From contig OX597839.1 in assembly GCA_951406725.2 (NCBI GenBank), forward strand, positions 28,024,001-28,088,000: 64,000 bases of DNA, in the 5' to 3' direction. This DNA comes from Octopus vulgaris (lineage: Eukaryota). The position numbers and the translations under genes were made by a program. This document shows positions 38,627 to 51,992 of the stretch, piece by piece. The notes under the pieces were generated by a model, which saw only the letters and a program-made list of their open reading frames with translations, did no database searches and was not told the DNA's origin. Within the stretch, counting starts at the first letter, position 1. Each line of letters starts with the position of its first letter.

Positions 38627-38672
38627 AACAAAAAAAAAAAAATAACCTGTTCAACTTTTTTGACATTCCATA

Positions 38673-39067
38673 TCTCTCTATATAAAGCTGAAGTTGTCTG
38701 TTTATGGCAGGTTTGGTAGCCTTCAACTAACACTTATCTCCCTCAAGACCCTGTGGCACAAGTTGACCAAAATTGAGAGTATGATAGAAGAAAGCTTGCT
38801 CTTCCTTCCGTAGAAAAAAAAATTCAAATCGGACCATGTTAACACCAAAAATTATTTACATCAAAAAGGTGCTTTTTTTTTGTATGAAAATCCCTATTTT
38901 TTACGATGTTTTTACTGCTGTGTCGCCATTTTTCGGTGTATTTCAACCAGAAAAATGTTCACTGAAAGAGAATAACTAGCTACATAATGCAAAATTTTTA
39001 CTTTTCAAAAATTCCAATTCTAAAGGGTCGAGAAACAAACCCCAGCAACGCCGGGTGATACTACTAG
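38673..39067 (+). mobile_element. Non-autonomous Helitron
   Basis: A|TC start, hairpin CCCAGCAACGCCGGG, CTAG|T end. Confidence 0.8.
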
Positions 39068-40851
39068 TATATTTATGTATCTGTACAAAGAAGGAATTTC
39101 GACAATAGAACCTTCGGTTCCTCGAAGAAAAAAAAAGGGTAGGAATGGATGTTATCTGAACAGGGCACATCGCTCTCTCGCCTGTCGTTCTATGATTATT
39201 TTTCGTCTTGGAACAAACACATGCTGCAGCAGTTCCACCTTCTCCAAGAGGCAGAGAACGAAGCGAGGAGGACCAAATTTTCTTACATTTCCATTCTATT
39301 GCTAAGCAACGGCTTTGACAGTCACGTGAGCAGAAGCATAGACGTGCGTGCGTGTGACGGTGGGGGGAGGAGGAGGGGTAGTTAGTTATGCACACGTGTG
39401 TTTAGTTCCCTTTTGCTGCACGTGGTGGCGGCGGCGGCTTCGGTGGTGGTGGTCGCGGTATGTGGAAGAGAAGGAGGACGAGAAAGAAGGAAGGAAGGCA
39501 GGCAGGAAATGTCGTTGTAGACAAGGTATTTTGATGGAAAATAAATATCTGCACCTCTATGGAACTCTCTCTCTCTCTGTCTCTCTCTGCCTTATATCAT
39601 TGCCGCCTTTGCGGTAAGAAGCCGAAAGTCTAGCTATAAAAAGGCAGTCATCCTATACTTACGCCGACGTAGTACGGTAGTCGTTCGGCCAAAATGTAAG
39701 AGGGGAAGGAAGAGGTAGCTTCCGAAAGGGCAGTCATCCTTTCCATTCACTCGCCCTTCTCTCCGCCTCTGTCCTTCCTTCTCACCCTCGCACACAACTC
39801 TTTCCTCTCTTTACGTCCCTCTCAAACTGTTCTTCATCTTTTTACACTTTCTATTTCTCCTTACTTCTCTTCCTTCCCTCCCTTACAGTCACTTAGTCTC
39901 TTTTTTTAAACACTCCCACCTTTCCCTCTCGTTTGCTCCTTCCTCTCTTTCTCTCTCTCTCTCTCTTACTACTGCGTCTCATCATCCACTGCCAACTTTT
40001 TGTCTCTCCTACCATCCTCTCACACAACTGCTTAGTCTCTCTCTTTCTCCTCCTTTCATTCTTTCTGTCAACTCACTTTCTAACTCTTCCTGTCACTCCT
40101 GCTCTCTCATCTAAACACCCTCCCTTTACTCTTAGACCAGCCGGTGCCGATTCTTCCTCTCTTTTATTCTTCTCCCTCTCCCATTTCCTCTCCTACCACC
40201 CCTCACTACTTGTTCTCTCTCTCTCTCTCTCTCTCTCGCCTAAGTTACCGCTTCTTTCCTCTCTCTCTCTCTCCCGTCCTTTAAGTTACCGCTTCTTTTT
40301 CTCTCTTCCTCTCTGTTATTCTTCTCCCTCTCCCATTTCCTCTCCTACCACCCCTCACTACTTGTTCACTCTCTCTCTCTCTCACGCCTAAGTTACCGCT
40401 TCTTTCCTCTCTCTCTTTCTCTCTCCGTCCTTTAAGTTACCGCTTCTTTTTCTCTCTTCCTCTAAATTTACTCTCTCTCTCTCCTCCCCTTCTTCCACGA
40501 TAAAAACTACAACAAATTACAAAACAATAATAACAGTTTCAAATTTTGGCACGAGGCCAGCATTTGTAGCGTGAGGGTAAGTAAGTAGTCGATAATATCG
40601 ATCCCAGTACTTGACTGGTATTTTATAAAAGCTAACTTCGACGGGGGAGCTTTGTGTCACATCCACCCCACCCCCACCCCACCCCCACCCCACCCCCTCA
40701 CCATCTCTAAATCCAGTGAAAAAGAAAGAAAGAAAGAAAATGTCTATCCTTCTTCGTTGAAGCTCGGAGGAACCTCTCGTGTGTCCGGCAGCCACATCCG
40801 ACCGATTTCTATAACTATAGCTTGCACTATCGATACGTCTGTGTGAGTGTG

Positions 40852-40883
<32 letters not shown>

Positions 40884-41043
40884 TATATATGTATATATAT
40901 ATATATATAAATTTAACAATTAAGGATAACTTCTTAATAAGGGATCTTAACAAGAAATTATCAGGTAGTTAGCGTGAAAAACCTCATAAGAGAAAAAAAT
41001 TCGAAAATAATTTTTTTTTCCTTTTGAAAATATTAATTTATAG

Positions 41044-41279
41044 TGTATAGAGGGCATTATTACACATAAATGCCTCACACTAAGAGGGACATAAGTCATT
41101 TCTACCAAAAATTTCACTAATCGTACCTAATGCAGTTTTTCAAAGCAGGACATTTAAATCATTTTTTAAATGTCCTGCTTTGAAAAACTGCATTAGGTAT
41201 GATTAGTGAAATTTTGGTAGTAATGACTTATGTCCCTTCTTAGCGTGAGGCATTTATGTGTAATAATGCCCTCTATACA
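41044..41279. repeat. Long inverted repeat (115-bp arms, 6-nt spacer)
   Basis: Arms 41044-41158 and 41165-41279 differ at about 5 positions. Confidence 0.95.
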
Positions 41280-41318
<39 letters not shown>

Positions 41319-41689
41319 ATAAGATAGAGAGGGAGACGGAGGGGTGGTTATAGTTACTTTGTCCGGCGCTTGGATACAGTTTCCCCTCAGAGGAGAGGAG
41401 TAGAATGAGGGGGAAAAAGAGATAAAGAAAGACTATGAATATAATAAAAGGAAACGGAGGAAGAGAAATTGAGAGAGAAAAACGAAAATAATATAGAAAT
41501 TAAAACAAAAACAAAACTCGCTTTGGAGGAATATTATTATTATTATTGTTTTTGTTTTTGTTTGAAATAAAAGGAATAATTAATTATAATTGTTTTAATT
41601 ATTTATTATTGGTGGGTTGGATGAATTAAAAATAAAAAAGAGAGCAGAAAGTAAATTAATAAACAAAACAGCGCCGTCGCCGTCGCCAC

Positions 41690-42035
41690 CACCTTTGAAC
41701 AACTCTAACACCACCACCACCACCATCGCCACCACCACCGGCACCACTACCACCGTCGCCACCACCTTTGAACAACTCTACCACCATCGCCACCACCTTT
41801 GAACAACTCTACCACCACCACCATTGCCACCACCACCGTCGCCACCACCTTTGAACAACTCTACCACCTTCACCATCGCCACCACCTTTGAACAACTCTA
41901 ACACCACCACCACCACCATCGCCACCACCACCGGCACCACCACCACCACCGTCGCCACCACCTTTGAACAACTCTACCACCTTCACCATCGCCACCACCT
42001 TTGAACAACTCTACCACCACCACCATCGCCACCAC
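41690..42035. repeat. Tandem repeat CACCACCTTTGAACAACTCTA with (CAC)n spacers
   Basis: About 7 units by inspection. Confidence 0.9.
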
Positions 42036-42458
42036 TGTCAAGAAGACGAAGGGGAGGAGGAGAGGGTAAAAGTAGAGAGAGAGAAAAAAGGCGCCGTTTA
42101 CATAGCGTTAACGTTGACATCGCTTTTCCCAGTTGGTCTCTGATACTTTTTCTCTTGTTGTTGTGGTTGTTGCTGTAGTTCTTGTTGTTGTTCAATGAAC
42201 AGACGGAAACTAAACTAGAGAGAGAAAGAGAGAGAGGATAACTGCAGTTATATTCGTCTCAGTCCCCGCCAGAACCACCACAGGAGGAATATATACACTC
42301 ATAACACCTAAATACAGATATTTATCTACACACAACCAGAGAATTCTATAGAAAATAACATTATATATATATAATATATACTTAGAATATAATTATATAT
42401 TATATATATATATTTGTTTGCACACATATATATATACACACCTTACAATTCATCAATC

Positions 42459-42485
42459 ATGTTTCAGAACGGTACGGACGAAGGA
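42459..42485 (+). CDS. Putative first coding exon (MFQNGTDEG) of an unidentified gene
   Basis: AATC-ATG context, phase-0 donor GGA|GTAAGT, within the CpG-rich region. Confidence 0.45.
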
Positions 42486-42696
42486 GTAAGTATTAATTAA
42501 TTAATTAATTAATTAATATATGGTCTTAATTTCGCCTTTTTACCTCTTGGTTTATTTCTCGGCTTTTGTTTCAATAAGTTGGTTGTGTTTTTTTTTCTTT
42601 AATTAGTTTCTTTCTCTGTGTGTTTTAAGCATGAATTTATATTATATATTGGTACAAGTACCTTATATATTGTTCGTTAAAAAAAAAAATTATAAT

Positions 42697-42767
42697 TTGA
42701 CAGTGACTTCGAAGTTTCCGTTTACTTGCTGGTGGAAACTGAGCCGAAACTTCGAAGTCGCTGTCAA
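42697..42767. other. 71-nt hairpin with 22-bp arms
   Basis: TTGACAGTGACTTCGAAGTTTC / GAAACTTCGAAGTCGCTGTCAA with one G-U pair. Confidence 0.85.
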
Positions 42768-44483
42768 CGTTTTCCTTGCAAGAATGTGGTGCTCCACTGA
42801 TGTATAATGTATGATGTTACAATTACAGTAGTAGAACCCAGGGAAAATGCCATGTTAATAGCAACTACTATATGTTAATAATAAATGTTGTCAGCACTAG
42901 AATTTTTCGTCGGGTCTTTCATCCCCTGTCGCCCATCTAAGCCTTTGTCATGGCACCTCGACCATAAATGGGTTTAATTCTCAGCTTTGTCTATTTATAA
43001 ATTGCAATCTGTCCAATTACATTAAATTTAATAGCCTTTTATTCCTCTTTCTCTTCGATGAGGGAAGCCGTAGCCCTCATGGATGGAGTCTCTCGACTCT
43101 GCATCGTCCAAGACATCTTCTTGGACCAATTCTTAAGGCTTCGTTGTGAAATTTAACCAAATAAAACATTATTTGAAACCGTCGGAGACGCCTGGACATT
43201 ACCAAATCCGGTTTCCGTTCGCCGAAAGGGAAACATTTAACTTTTATTTTCGTGTCTCCTTTTTAAAATCTATGTCGAGTCAACGAGACGGCTGCTACGT
43301 GGTTGTTCGACCTGTTAGAAATAGCAGCCGAATCTCGTTTCAAATCACACCCCTTCCCTACTGTGTTAAATAACGAAAGGACTACTTTGGATGGTGTAGT
43401 CCTATACGACCCTAAATAAGATCACTTTTTTTGAAAAAGGATCATTTCGGTTGGAATTTCTTTGATCATAAGTCTGTTGTCCAGACTGGATTAAGGGTGA
43501 CCTGGGGTTAAAAAAAAAGGACAGACAAGTTTATGTCGCAAAAGAAAGTGAAAAAAAAAGGGGAAGAAAATCCATATATTATTATTAACTACCCCGTGTA
43601 CCCGCCAATAACCAACTACCTTATCGCATACACACCCGTACATGCTTACACGAATTACTCATTATCATAGCGTACACGACCACCCTGATTTTTCCATTCA
43701 GTTTTTTTAACCCCCGCTCAGCTTTGACAAAAGACTTTTATGATCATAGGCATTCCAATCACGACCATCCACCTGAGTCTTTGTTTTCCAGTAGTGCTTT
43801 ATTCCAACACTACATTGTCCCCTTTCTAATATATTTGGCCATTGGAGTGGCGTTATCCCGTCTGATCTGAAAGAAAGATTTATAATTGTTTTAATGCGGT
43901 GGGGATTCAAAGGAGAATTGACTGCTGTTTCTACCAGGTCAAGCGACCATGTAAAGGCTCCCTTGTTGGGTCAGTTCGTTTGATACTGTAATTTATCACT
44001 TCATCCACGGATGTGGGTTTTTTCGAGGGATTTTTTAACCCTCCATTTCGTCTTGTCCGTATCCGTTTTTCCATTTACCATTGTCGGTATTTCAAACCCA
44101 CCACCGCCGCCGCCGCATAACCCACCGTGAACCCCCTTTTCATTTATTATATATATATGTATTACTAATTCGATCGAAGGGGATCTTCACCACACCGACA
44201 AGTACACACATATATATATATATATATATATTACATTGTGTGTGTGTGTGGTTTCCCCATGCAACGTAGGCTTTTATGTGGAAGCGAAACCGTCACCGAC
44301 TCCACCGCCGCCACCAGAAGAAGAAGAACGTTAAGTTATCCAAAATGTCCACTCTCTGGCTAATTCTTCTCTCATTAATTTGCGTTGTTACGGAAACTCC
44401 GAATCCGTTTTCGTTTCCCTTCCAAGATGTCATCTCGCACGAAACTTGTCCACAATCGCAGTCTTCATATCAACCCCAACCAA

Positions 44484-44552
44484 CATACACACATATATAT
44501 ACACACACACATATATATACACACACACACACATATATACACACACATATAT

Positions 44553-44583
<31 letters not shown>

Positions 44584-44860
44584 TATACACACACACACAT
44601 ATATATATACACACACACACATATATACACACACACACACATATATATACACACACACATATATATATATACACACACACACACATATATATACACACAC
44701 ACACATATATACACACACACACATATATATACACACACACACATATATATATACACACACACACACATATATATATATATACACACACACACATATATAT
44801 ATACACACACACATATATACACACACACACACATATCTATATATATACACACATACACAC
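44484..44860. repeat. (CA)n(TA)n compound microsatellite
   Basis: Direct inspection. Confidence 0.95.
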
Positions 44861-46147
44861 ATGCAAAAAAATGAGAAAATCTTAAATCCCGGCATATTTG
44901 TACTGTTAAGGCCCTTACTCTCCCTTTCTCTCTCTCTCTCCCCACACACACTGCTACCTCCTCTTATTTATTGATTCTTTCTTTCTTTCTTTCGTCTCTG
45001 TTTTTCCTTGCACGCACTTGACAAAAATCTACTTGACAAACATTAAAACATTTCTTTTTCCCTCCTCACCACCCTCTCTCATTACACACACTGGCTTATC
45101 AACACTCTTTCTACACACGCACATACGTATGCAATGTATGTGTGTGTATGTAGATAATTATATATATATATGCATGTAGTGTGTATATATATATATATAT
45201 ATATGTGTGAAATTTGCCTAATTTCTGCATCATTCTACGCTCAGCTTCCCGTTTTTATTTTCAACCTTTTTTGTTTGTTTGCTAATTATTTTTCATTTTA
45301 GTCTAATTAATACTTTCCACACTGTTTGTTGTCAGGGTATCATTATTATTAGTCTTTAACTGTTTCCTTCATGATTTAAGTTTCAAGAAGATTGTTATTG
45401 CCGTCGTTATAATTGTTTTTTCTTTTTTTTCCTCCTACCCCTATCCCCTTCGTATAAACACACACACACACACACACACACATAAAGTACTTCAAACTGT
45501 TACATGTTTAATAATTAATTGCCAACCACCACACACACACACATACAAAAGCATGGCAAACAATGGATGGATGCGAATGACTCGACTTAAAATTCCTCGT
45601 CTGATTTGCGCAGGAGGCGAAAACTGACGAGACACCAACGACAGACGAGACGTAAACAACCGCATGCAAAGACGCATATTTTTGTTTTAATCCAAGAACC
45701 GTTTCTTCCAACCCCAACCCCCTCCTCCTCCTTTCCCCTCCTCACCCCCTTCGCCAAACTCCATGGAATTTAATTATTCCCAGCTGGCTTTCTTTCCTTT
45801 CCACAGCCTCTACCTGCCATTCGGGGGTGTCCTGTTACAGGAACCAGCTGGAGATGGAATGGGAAAGGCAAAGGGACGATGGTATTGCTGTGTGTGGTGG
45901 CGGGGCCGTTCCTTCCATTCCATGTATGTAGCAGACATACATACCTTGAAGAACGGAATCGCTCGCCTTTCGAATAGGATTCTTTAAACTCTGCAGTTCT
46001 CATAGTTTTGCATCAATTCTCCCAGACTTGTACAGGAGGCGGCAGCTGTGTAAATTTATTAACGGCTCTGATTTGTCAGCTCTTGGAAATAAGTAAACAC
46101 AAGTTCGTTTCGTTTTTTTTCTTCCTTTTTATTTTACATGTTATTAT

Positions 46148-47003
46148 GGTGGCGAACTAGCAAAAAAATTGCTTGTGTTTTGGAAAAAATTGCTTAGCAT
46201 CATTTCTCCCAGCTTTCCACACGTTTTGAGTGCATTTCCTGCTGGGAATCAGCTTTGCTTTTCACCCATTCAGGGTCGACGAAATAACCAGGTCAGTGTA
46301 ATCGGCTTGCCTCTTCTTCAAGATTTCAGGCTTGGTACCTATAATAGAAAGGATTATTATTATTATTATTATTATTAGCAGAATCATTAGTGCATTGAAC
46401 AAAATGTTTTGGTGGTATTTCTTCCAATTCTTTAAATTTCTGAGTTCAAATCCTGCCAAGGCCAACTCTTGTCTTTCATCCTTTCGGGGTTGACGTAGTC
46501 ATCTGCCTTCTCTCCTCAGTGCTGGCCTTGAACCAGGCTCAGAAAGAATTCTCACGAAGGCGGCAAGTTAGCCGAACCATTAGCATGCCGGGCAAAATGC
46601 CTAACAGCATATCTTCCGGCACTTTACACTCTCGGTTCAAATTCTACTGAGGTCAACTTTTGCCTTTCATCCTTCCAGGATCAATAAAGTAAATACCAGC
46701 TGATCCCTGGGAGGGGTCAGTGTAATTGACATACCCTGAAATTACTGGTGTTGTTCCAAAATTTGATACCATTATTACAAAGGCAGCAAGCTAGCAGAAT
46801 TCTTAGCATGTCAGACGAAATACCTGGCAGCGTTTCTCCCGGATCTTTATATTCTAAGTTCAAATTCCACCGAGGTTGACTTTGCCTTTCATTCCTTCCA
46901 GGGTCGACAAAGTAAGTACCAGTTGAGTACTGGAGTCGATGTAATTGACCTACCCCCCGTCCCCTCTCCCAAAATTGCTGGCCTAGTACCAAACTCCGAA
47001 ACC
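46148..47003 (+). mobile_element. Four tandem old SINE D copies
   Basis: Repeated head/core/tail-2 pattern. Confidence 0.7.
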
Positions 47004-47077
47004 ATAATTATCATTATGAAGTACTACTAGTGTTCAAAGTTTGATAGAAGTTGGTTTTGTTTTGTATATTTCTGCAG

Positions 47078-47131
47078 CTTAGAAATGTCTGGAACATGTG
47101 TAAAGAATTTATATCAGCAAAGATGGGAACG
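47078..47131 (+). CDS. Putative internal exon (LRNVWNMCKEFISAKMGT)
   Basis: Acceptor TTTTGTATATTTCTGCAG, 54 nt open in phase 0, weaker donor ACG|GTTGGC. Confidence 0.4.
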
Positions 47132-47424
47132 GTTGGCTGATGGGCGAAGGAGGCCTTCTTTATCTGTTCTAATAACCACCAGACCAGACCATACTGTGAT
47201 TCTGTTTATTTATATTTATATCAATATATTCCGTTATTTGGTTGTGAATATCCTATTTCTCTATGCTAATCTCTCTAATCTCTCTCTCTCTCGCTGCAAA
47301 ATGTTAATATTTACATTCATTTCTTTCCTTCCTGAAACTCCATCAAGACCTTTATCAGTTCAACAGATTTACTGTTTTCCTAACATCTGACATCTGAACC
47401 ATCTTAGTCACCAATTCATATTTT

Positions 47425-47900
47425 AAGGCGGCAACCTGGCAGAAATGCTAACATGCTGGGCAAAAAATGCTTAGCAGCATTTCGTTCATCATGTTCTGAG
47501 TTCAAACCCTCCGAGGTTGGCTTTGCTTTTTATTTTTTCAGGGTCAATAAAATAAGTACCTATTTCTTTACTGCCCACAAGGGGCTAAACACAGAGGGGA
47601 CAAACAAGGACAGACACATGGATTAAGTCGATTACATCAACCCCAGTGCGTAACTGGTACTTAATTTATCGACCCCAAAAGGATGAAAGGCAAAGTCGAC
47701 CTCGGCGGAATTTGAACTCAGAACGTAACGGCAGACGAAATATGGCTACGCATTTCGCCCGGCGTGCTAACGTGTCTGCCAGCTCGCCACCTTAAATAAA
47801 TAAATAAATAAAATAAGTACCAGTTGCGTACTGGGGTTGATGTGATCAACTATCCCACTCCCCCAACTTTCAGGCCTTATGCCTATAGTAGAAAGGATTA
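47425..47900. mobile_element. Old + strand SINE D interrupted by a young - strand D copy (47561-47793)
   Basis: TSD AATAAAATAAGTACC at 47546-47560 and 47807-47821. Confidence 0.85.
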
Positions 47901-48013
47901 TTATTATTAATAATAATAGAGGTTAAAAAAAACCACCTTAAGAGGTAGAAAATGTTTAATGAATTAGGGTTAGGGTTTGTTACATATTATTTTGTAATAT
48001 TCTTGAAATAGGT

Positions 48014-48242
48014 TTAACCCTTTAGTGTTCACATTATTCTGCCAAAATTAATGCTTCTTCATCCACATTGTTTTGAACTAATCATGCATTATCTTGTAAT
48101 TATGAGAATTTGATAAGGTAGCTGTTAATTTTTCAAACGATATTGTAGGGTTGGTGTGAGAGACCTGATCTGGCCAGTTTGAACATAAAACAGGTAGAAT
48201 ACTTTTGGCCGGATATGGCCGGTTTAAATGCTAAAGGGTTAA
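48014..48242 (+). mobile_element. piggyBac-type MITE
   Basis: TTAA TSDs and CCCTTTAG TIRs; near-identical inverted copy at 56880-57108. Confidence 0.85.
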
Positions 48243-48800
48243 ATATAAATCCTGGTTTATAAATATTCGAATTAAAATCCAGAAAATGGAGAAGTAGCAT
48301 TAACATAATTTATTCAGTGCAAAAATTCAACAAGTTCTCTTACAGCTGTTTCGATTTTGCCCAAAAGAATTAAATTCCAGGAATTGAAACAAAAGAGGTG
48401 AACTGGCAGAAACATTAGCACACTGGGTGAAATGCTTAGCAGGATTTCGTCCTTCTTCACGTTTTGAATTCAAAACCCTTCTGAGGTTGGCTTTGGCTTT
48501 TGTTATTTTGGGGGTCGATAAAATAAGTACCAGTTGTGTACTGGGGTCGATGTATCAAATGACGTATGTGACAACATAAACTGCGAGTCCTCTGACGTGC
48601 CGTTTATATGATGAACAACAGAAATGGATGGTGTTGTAGGAATCTGTACAAGCAGCATGACCGGGTGATGATGATATCTGTAACACAGTCTCAACCAGAC
48701 CATCAGATGTTGTTATACATTGCTGATCACAATGCGCTTCCAATTCTTTCTTGAATGTACCATTCTTTTCCATTTTAGCCCAAATTGCTTACCTAAGCCA

Positions 48801-48854
<54 letters not shown>

Positions 48855-48909
48855 TAATGGATTTGTTTTGCAAGATTACTGATGTGGAACCATGTGTTGG
48901 GACATTTAT

Positions 48910-49187
48910 TGTTATATTTCAGGATAGTCATTTTCTTTTTTCTTGCCAAATAATCACATGCACTATATATATTCGTTGTTCACTCGTTTGGACTAACCAG
49001 AATGGGAGGATACACATGGGATAGCAGAGTTGCTGAAGAGGTCACAGATGTGTGACAAAAGATTTACAGATGATGGACACAAGATAAGAACAATAACAAA
49101 CAAGTTAAAAACAAATATATATATATATATATATAGTGTGTGTGTTTTATTTGGCAAGAAAAAAATGGGCCATTTTGAAATATGACC
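48910..49187. mobile_element. Penelope-like relic with inverted ends and a degenerate hammerhead
   Basis: 48913-48975 is inverted relative to 49112-49185; CTGAAGA-G-GTCACA gatg TGTGAC-AAAA at 49033; homologous to 4296-4450. Confidence 0.45.
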
Positions 49188-49189
49188 AT

Positions 49190-49975
<786 letters not shown>

Positions 49976-50075
49976 AGCCATACTTTATTCTATTAAATTT
50001 GGAAGGATGAAAGGCTAGGAAGGACTCAAGGTGATGAAATTCGGTGAAGAAAGCAACCAAGACTACTGCAAGGCG

Positions 50076-50460
50076 TTTTACTCATTTCAGCCATGTGGCT
50101 GTGGTCATGCTGGAGCACCACCACGATCTTTCTGATTTCTTCAGTCTACGGTGTTTCACATCACCACTCCTGTATGTTCCTTTGTCCCAGCTGTTGGCCC
50201 ATTTGGTGTATAAGGGAGTTTGATTCCGCTGCTCCCATCTGTCCCTCATGTCGGGCTGTTGGTTCATCGAGTATTGTGGAGAGGACGATGTCGAGTTCCT
50301 TTTTGGAAGACATATCTACTTCCCCCTTATGCAGATTTCTTGGTTTTTGTGGGAGGGCATTTTGTCCAGCATTCCAAAGAAATACCATTCTGCTGCTCTG
50401 ACAATTGTCTTCAACAGAGACTCGGAGTAGCAACAAGAATTGGTTCCAGCTCTTCAATAA
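50076..50460 (-). mobile_element. Decayed CR1/L2-group LINE 3' fragment related to 17761-18211
   Basis: NALPQKPRNLHKGEVDMSSKKELDIVLSTILDEPTARHEGQMGAAESNSLIHQM aligns with NILPKSLRNLHKVDVAVFKSKLDIFLSRVPDEPTSRQEVQMRVAVSNSILHQV. Confidence 0.8.
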
Positions 50461-50886
50461 ATATGACAGTTCAGTTCATGGTTCCAGGTTCAGTTCCACT
50501 GTGTGAAACCTTGGGCAAGTATCTTCTGTTATAGCCCCAGGCCAACCAATTCCTCGTGGGTGGGTTTGGTAACTGGAAACTGTACAGAATCTTGTGTTGT
50601 GTGTGTGTGTTTCTTTGTATCTGTGTTTACCCCCCCACCCCACTGCCTGACAGCCTGTGTTGGTTCGTTTACATCCCCTTGAATTGGTGGGTCAGCAAAA
50701 GAGACTACTAGACTCATAAAGAAAAATGGAAAAGTACCGAAGTTGATCTGTTCAACTAAAACCATTGAAGGTGGTGCCATAGCATGGCCAGAACCCAATG
50801 ACTAAATCAAGTAAAAAGTTTTTTAAAAATATCTTTATTTATTTATTTTTTTTTTTTTAATTTCTGGAATGTTCTAAAATAATCAG

Positions 50887-50922
50887 GAATCGTGTACAGA
50901 AAGTGTAACCCAACTGACAGTT
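50887..50922 (+). CDS. Putative internal micro-exon (ESCTESVTQLTV)
   Basis: T-rich AG-free upstream tract, AATCAG acceptor, 36 nt in phase 0, donor GTT|GTGAGT. Confidence 0.35.
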
Positions 50923-51499
50923 GTGAGTAGTTTTAAGATTCTTTTTTTTTTTTTCCTTTCAACTGCTTCACTGTTGAAATCTTATCAACGGCTCACTGAA
51001 CTCAGCTTGCGCTAGAATGGTGTGGCCATAGGCTTACTTGCCATTACAAACGCGGCTAAATTTATACATTACACACTTTATATATCTACATAGATATTTT
51101 ATTTACCTAGTATTTAAAAGTTAAGCTGGCAAACAACCTATATTCTCAGTTCCCATCACCACCACCACCCCCTCTTTTTCTCTCTCTCTCTCTCTCTCTA
51201 ACCTTCCTCTTCTGTGCTCTGACTATTTAAAGAACTATGTCAAAGATCTCAGAAAGAAAAAAAACAACTTTCTTTATCAGCTCCTGACAAAGTCTTTTAC
51301 TGATTTAAGTGCTTGCTGATTGGTCATGCAGTTTGGTGCTGATTCCACTGTAAACCATTTTTATTTTATTTATTTTTACTGTAAATAACAAGAAGCATAG
51401 TCGGGGTTGGGGGGGTTTTTCTTTTTTAATATTTTTTTTTTTTATCTCGCCCTTTCCATTTACAGAAGAATTTGTTTAAATGTCAAGATCTTTTGTTTT

Positions 51500-51727
51500 T
51501 TAACCCCTTTGATACCAACCTGCCTGAGAATGCCTCCCCCCCCTGGTGTTATGCCGAAAAGTTTGCTTTGAAGTGATCTAAATTCAAAAAGCTTCCATTG
51601 AAATTTCGTGTTAATTTTTGTTCCAAACACCAGCTTAATTATAACGAAGATGTTTTAATAAATCCTTCGTTATTTTTTTGTAATTAACTGAAACAAAAGC
51701 AATAGAAATATCGTAACAAAAGGGTTT
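51500..51727 (+). mobile_element. Second piggyBac-type MITE family
   Basis: TTAACCCCTTTGATACCA...CGTAACAAAAGGGTT; a split copy lies at 61690-62328. Confidence 0.6.
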
Positions 51728-51764
51728 GGTAGTCAGACATTTTAGTAGTCTAAATCATATTGTC

Positions 51765-51948
51765 ATTGGAATGTGGCCATGCTGGGGCACCGCCTTGAAG
51801 GGTTTTAGTCAAATTGACTCAGTACTTTTAGATTTTTAAGTCTAGTGCTTAATCTGTTGGTATCTTTTGCCAGACTGCTAAGTTACAGGAACATAAACAA
51901 ACCAATGCCATTTCAAGCAGTGGTGGGGGTGAGTCATAAAGACACGTG

Positions 51949-51992
<44 letters not shown>

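Larger units (their letters stand above)
39070..46000. promoter_or_regulatory. CpG-enriched, SINE-poor region; probable promoter, first exon and 5' intron
   Basis: Visibly more CpG in unique sequence and few young SINEs; TATCGATA at 40828, GTCACGTGA at 39321, TTGCTAAGCAAC at 39299. Not quantified. Confidence 0.45.

Noticed and set aside
44276-44974. 232-aa ORF with signal-peptide-like MSTLWLILLSLICVV
   Set aside because: Runs directly into a CA/TA microsatellite with no splice donor; no recognisable domain.
47085-47390. 101-aa ORF as a single-exon gene
   Set aside because: The 3' part is AT-rich low-complexity sequence; better explained as overlapping a short spliced exon in another frame.
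47965-47976. TTAGGG telomeric repeats (also near 57898)
   Set aside because: Only two units; expected by chance.
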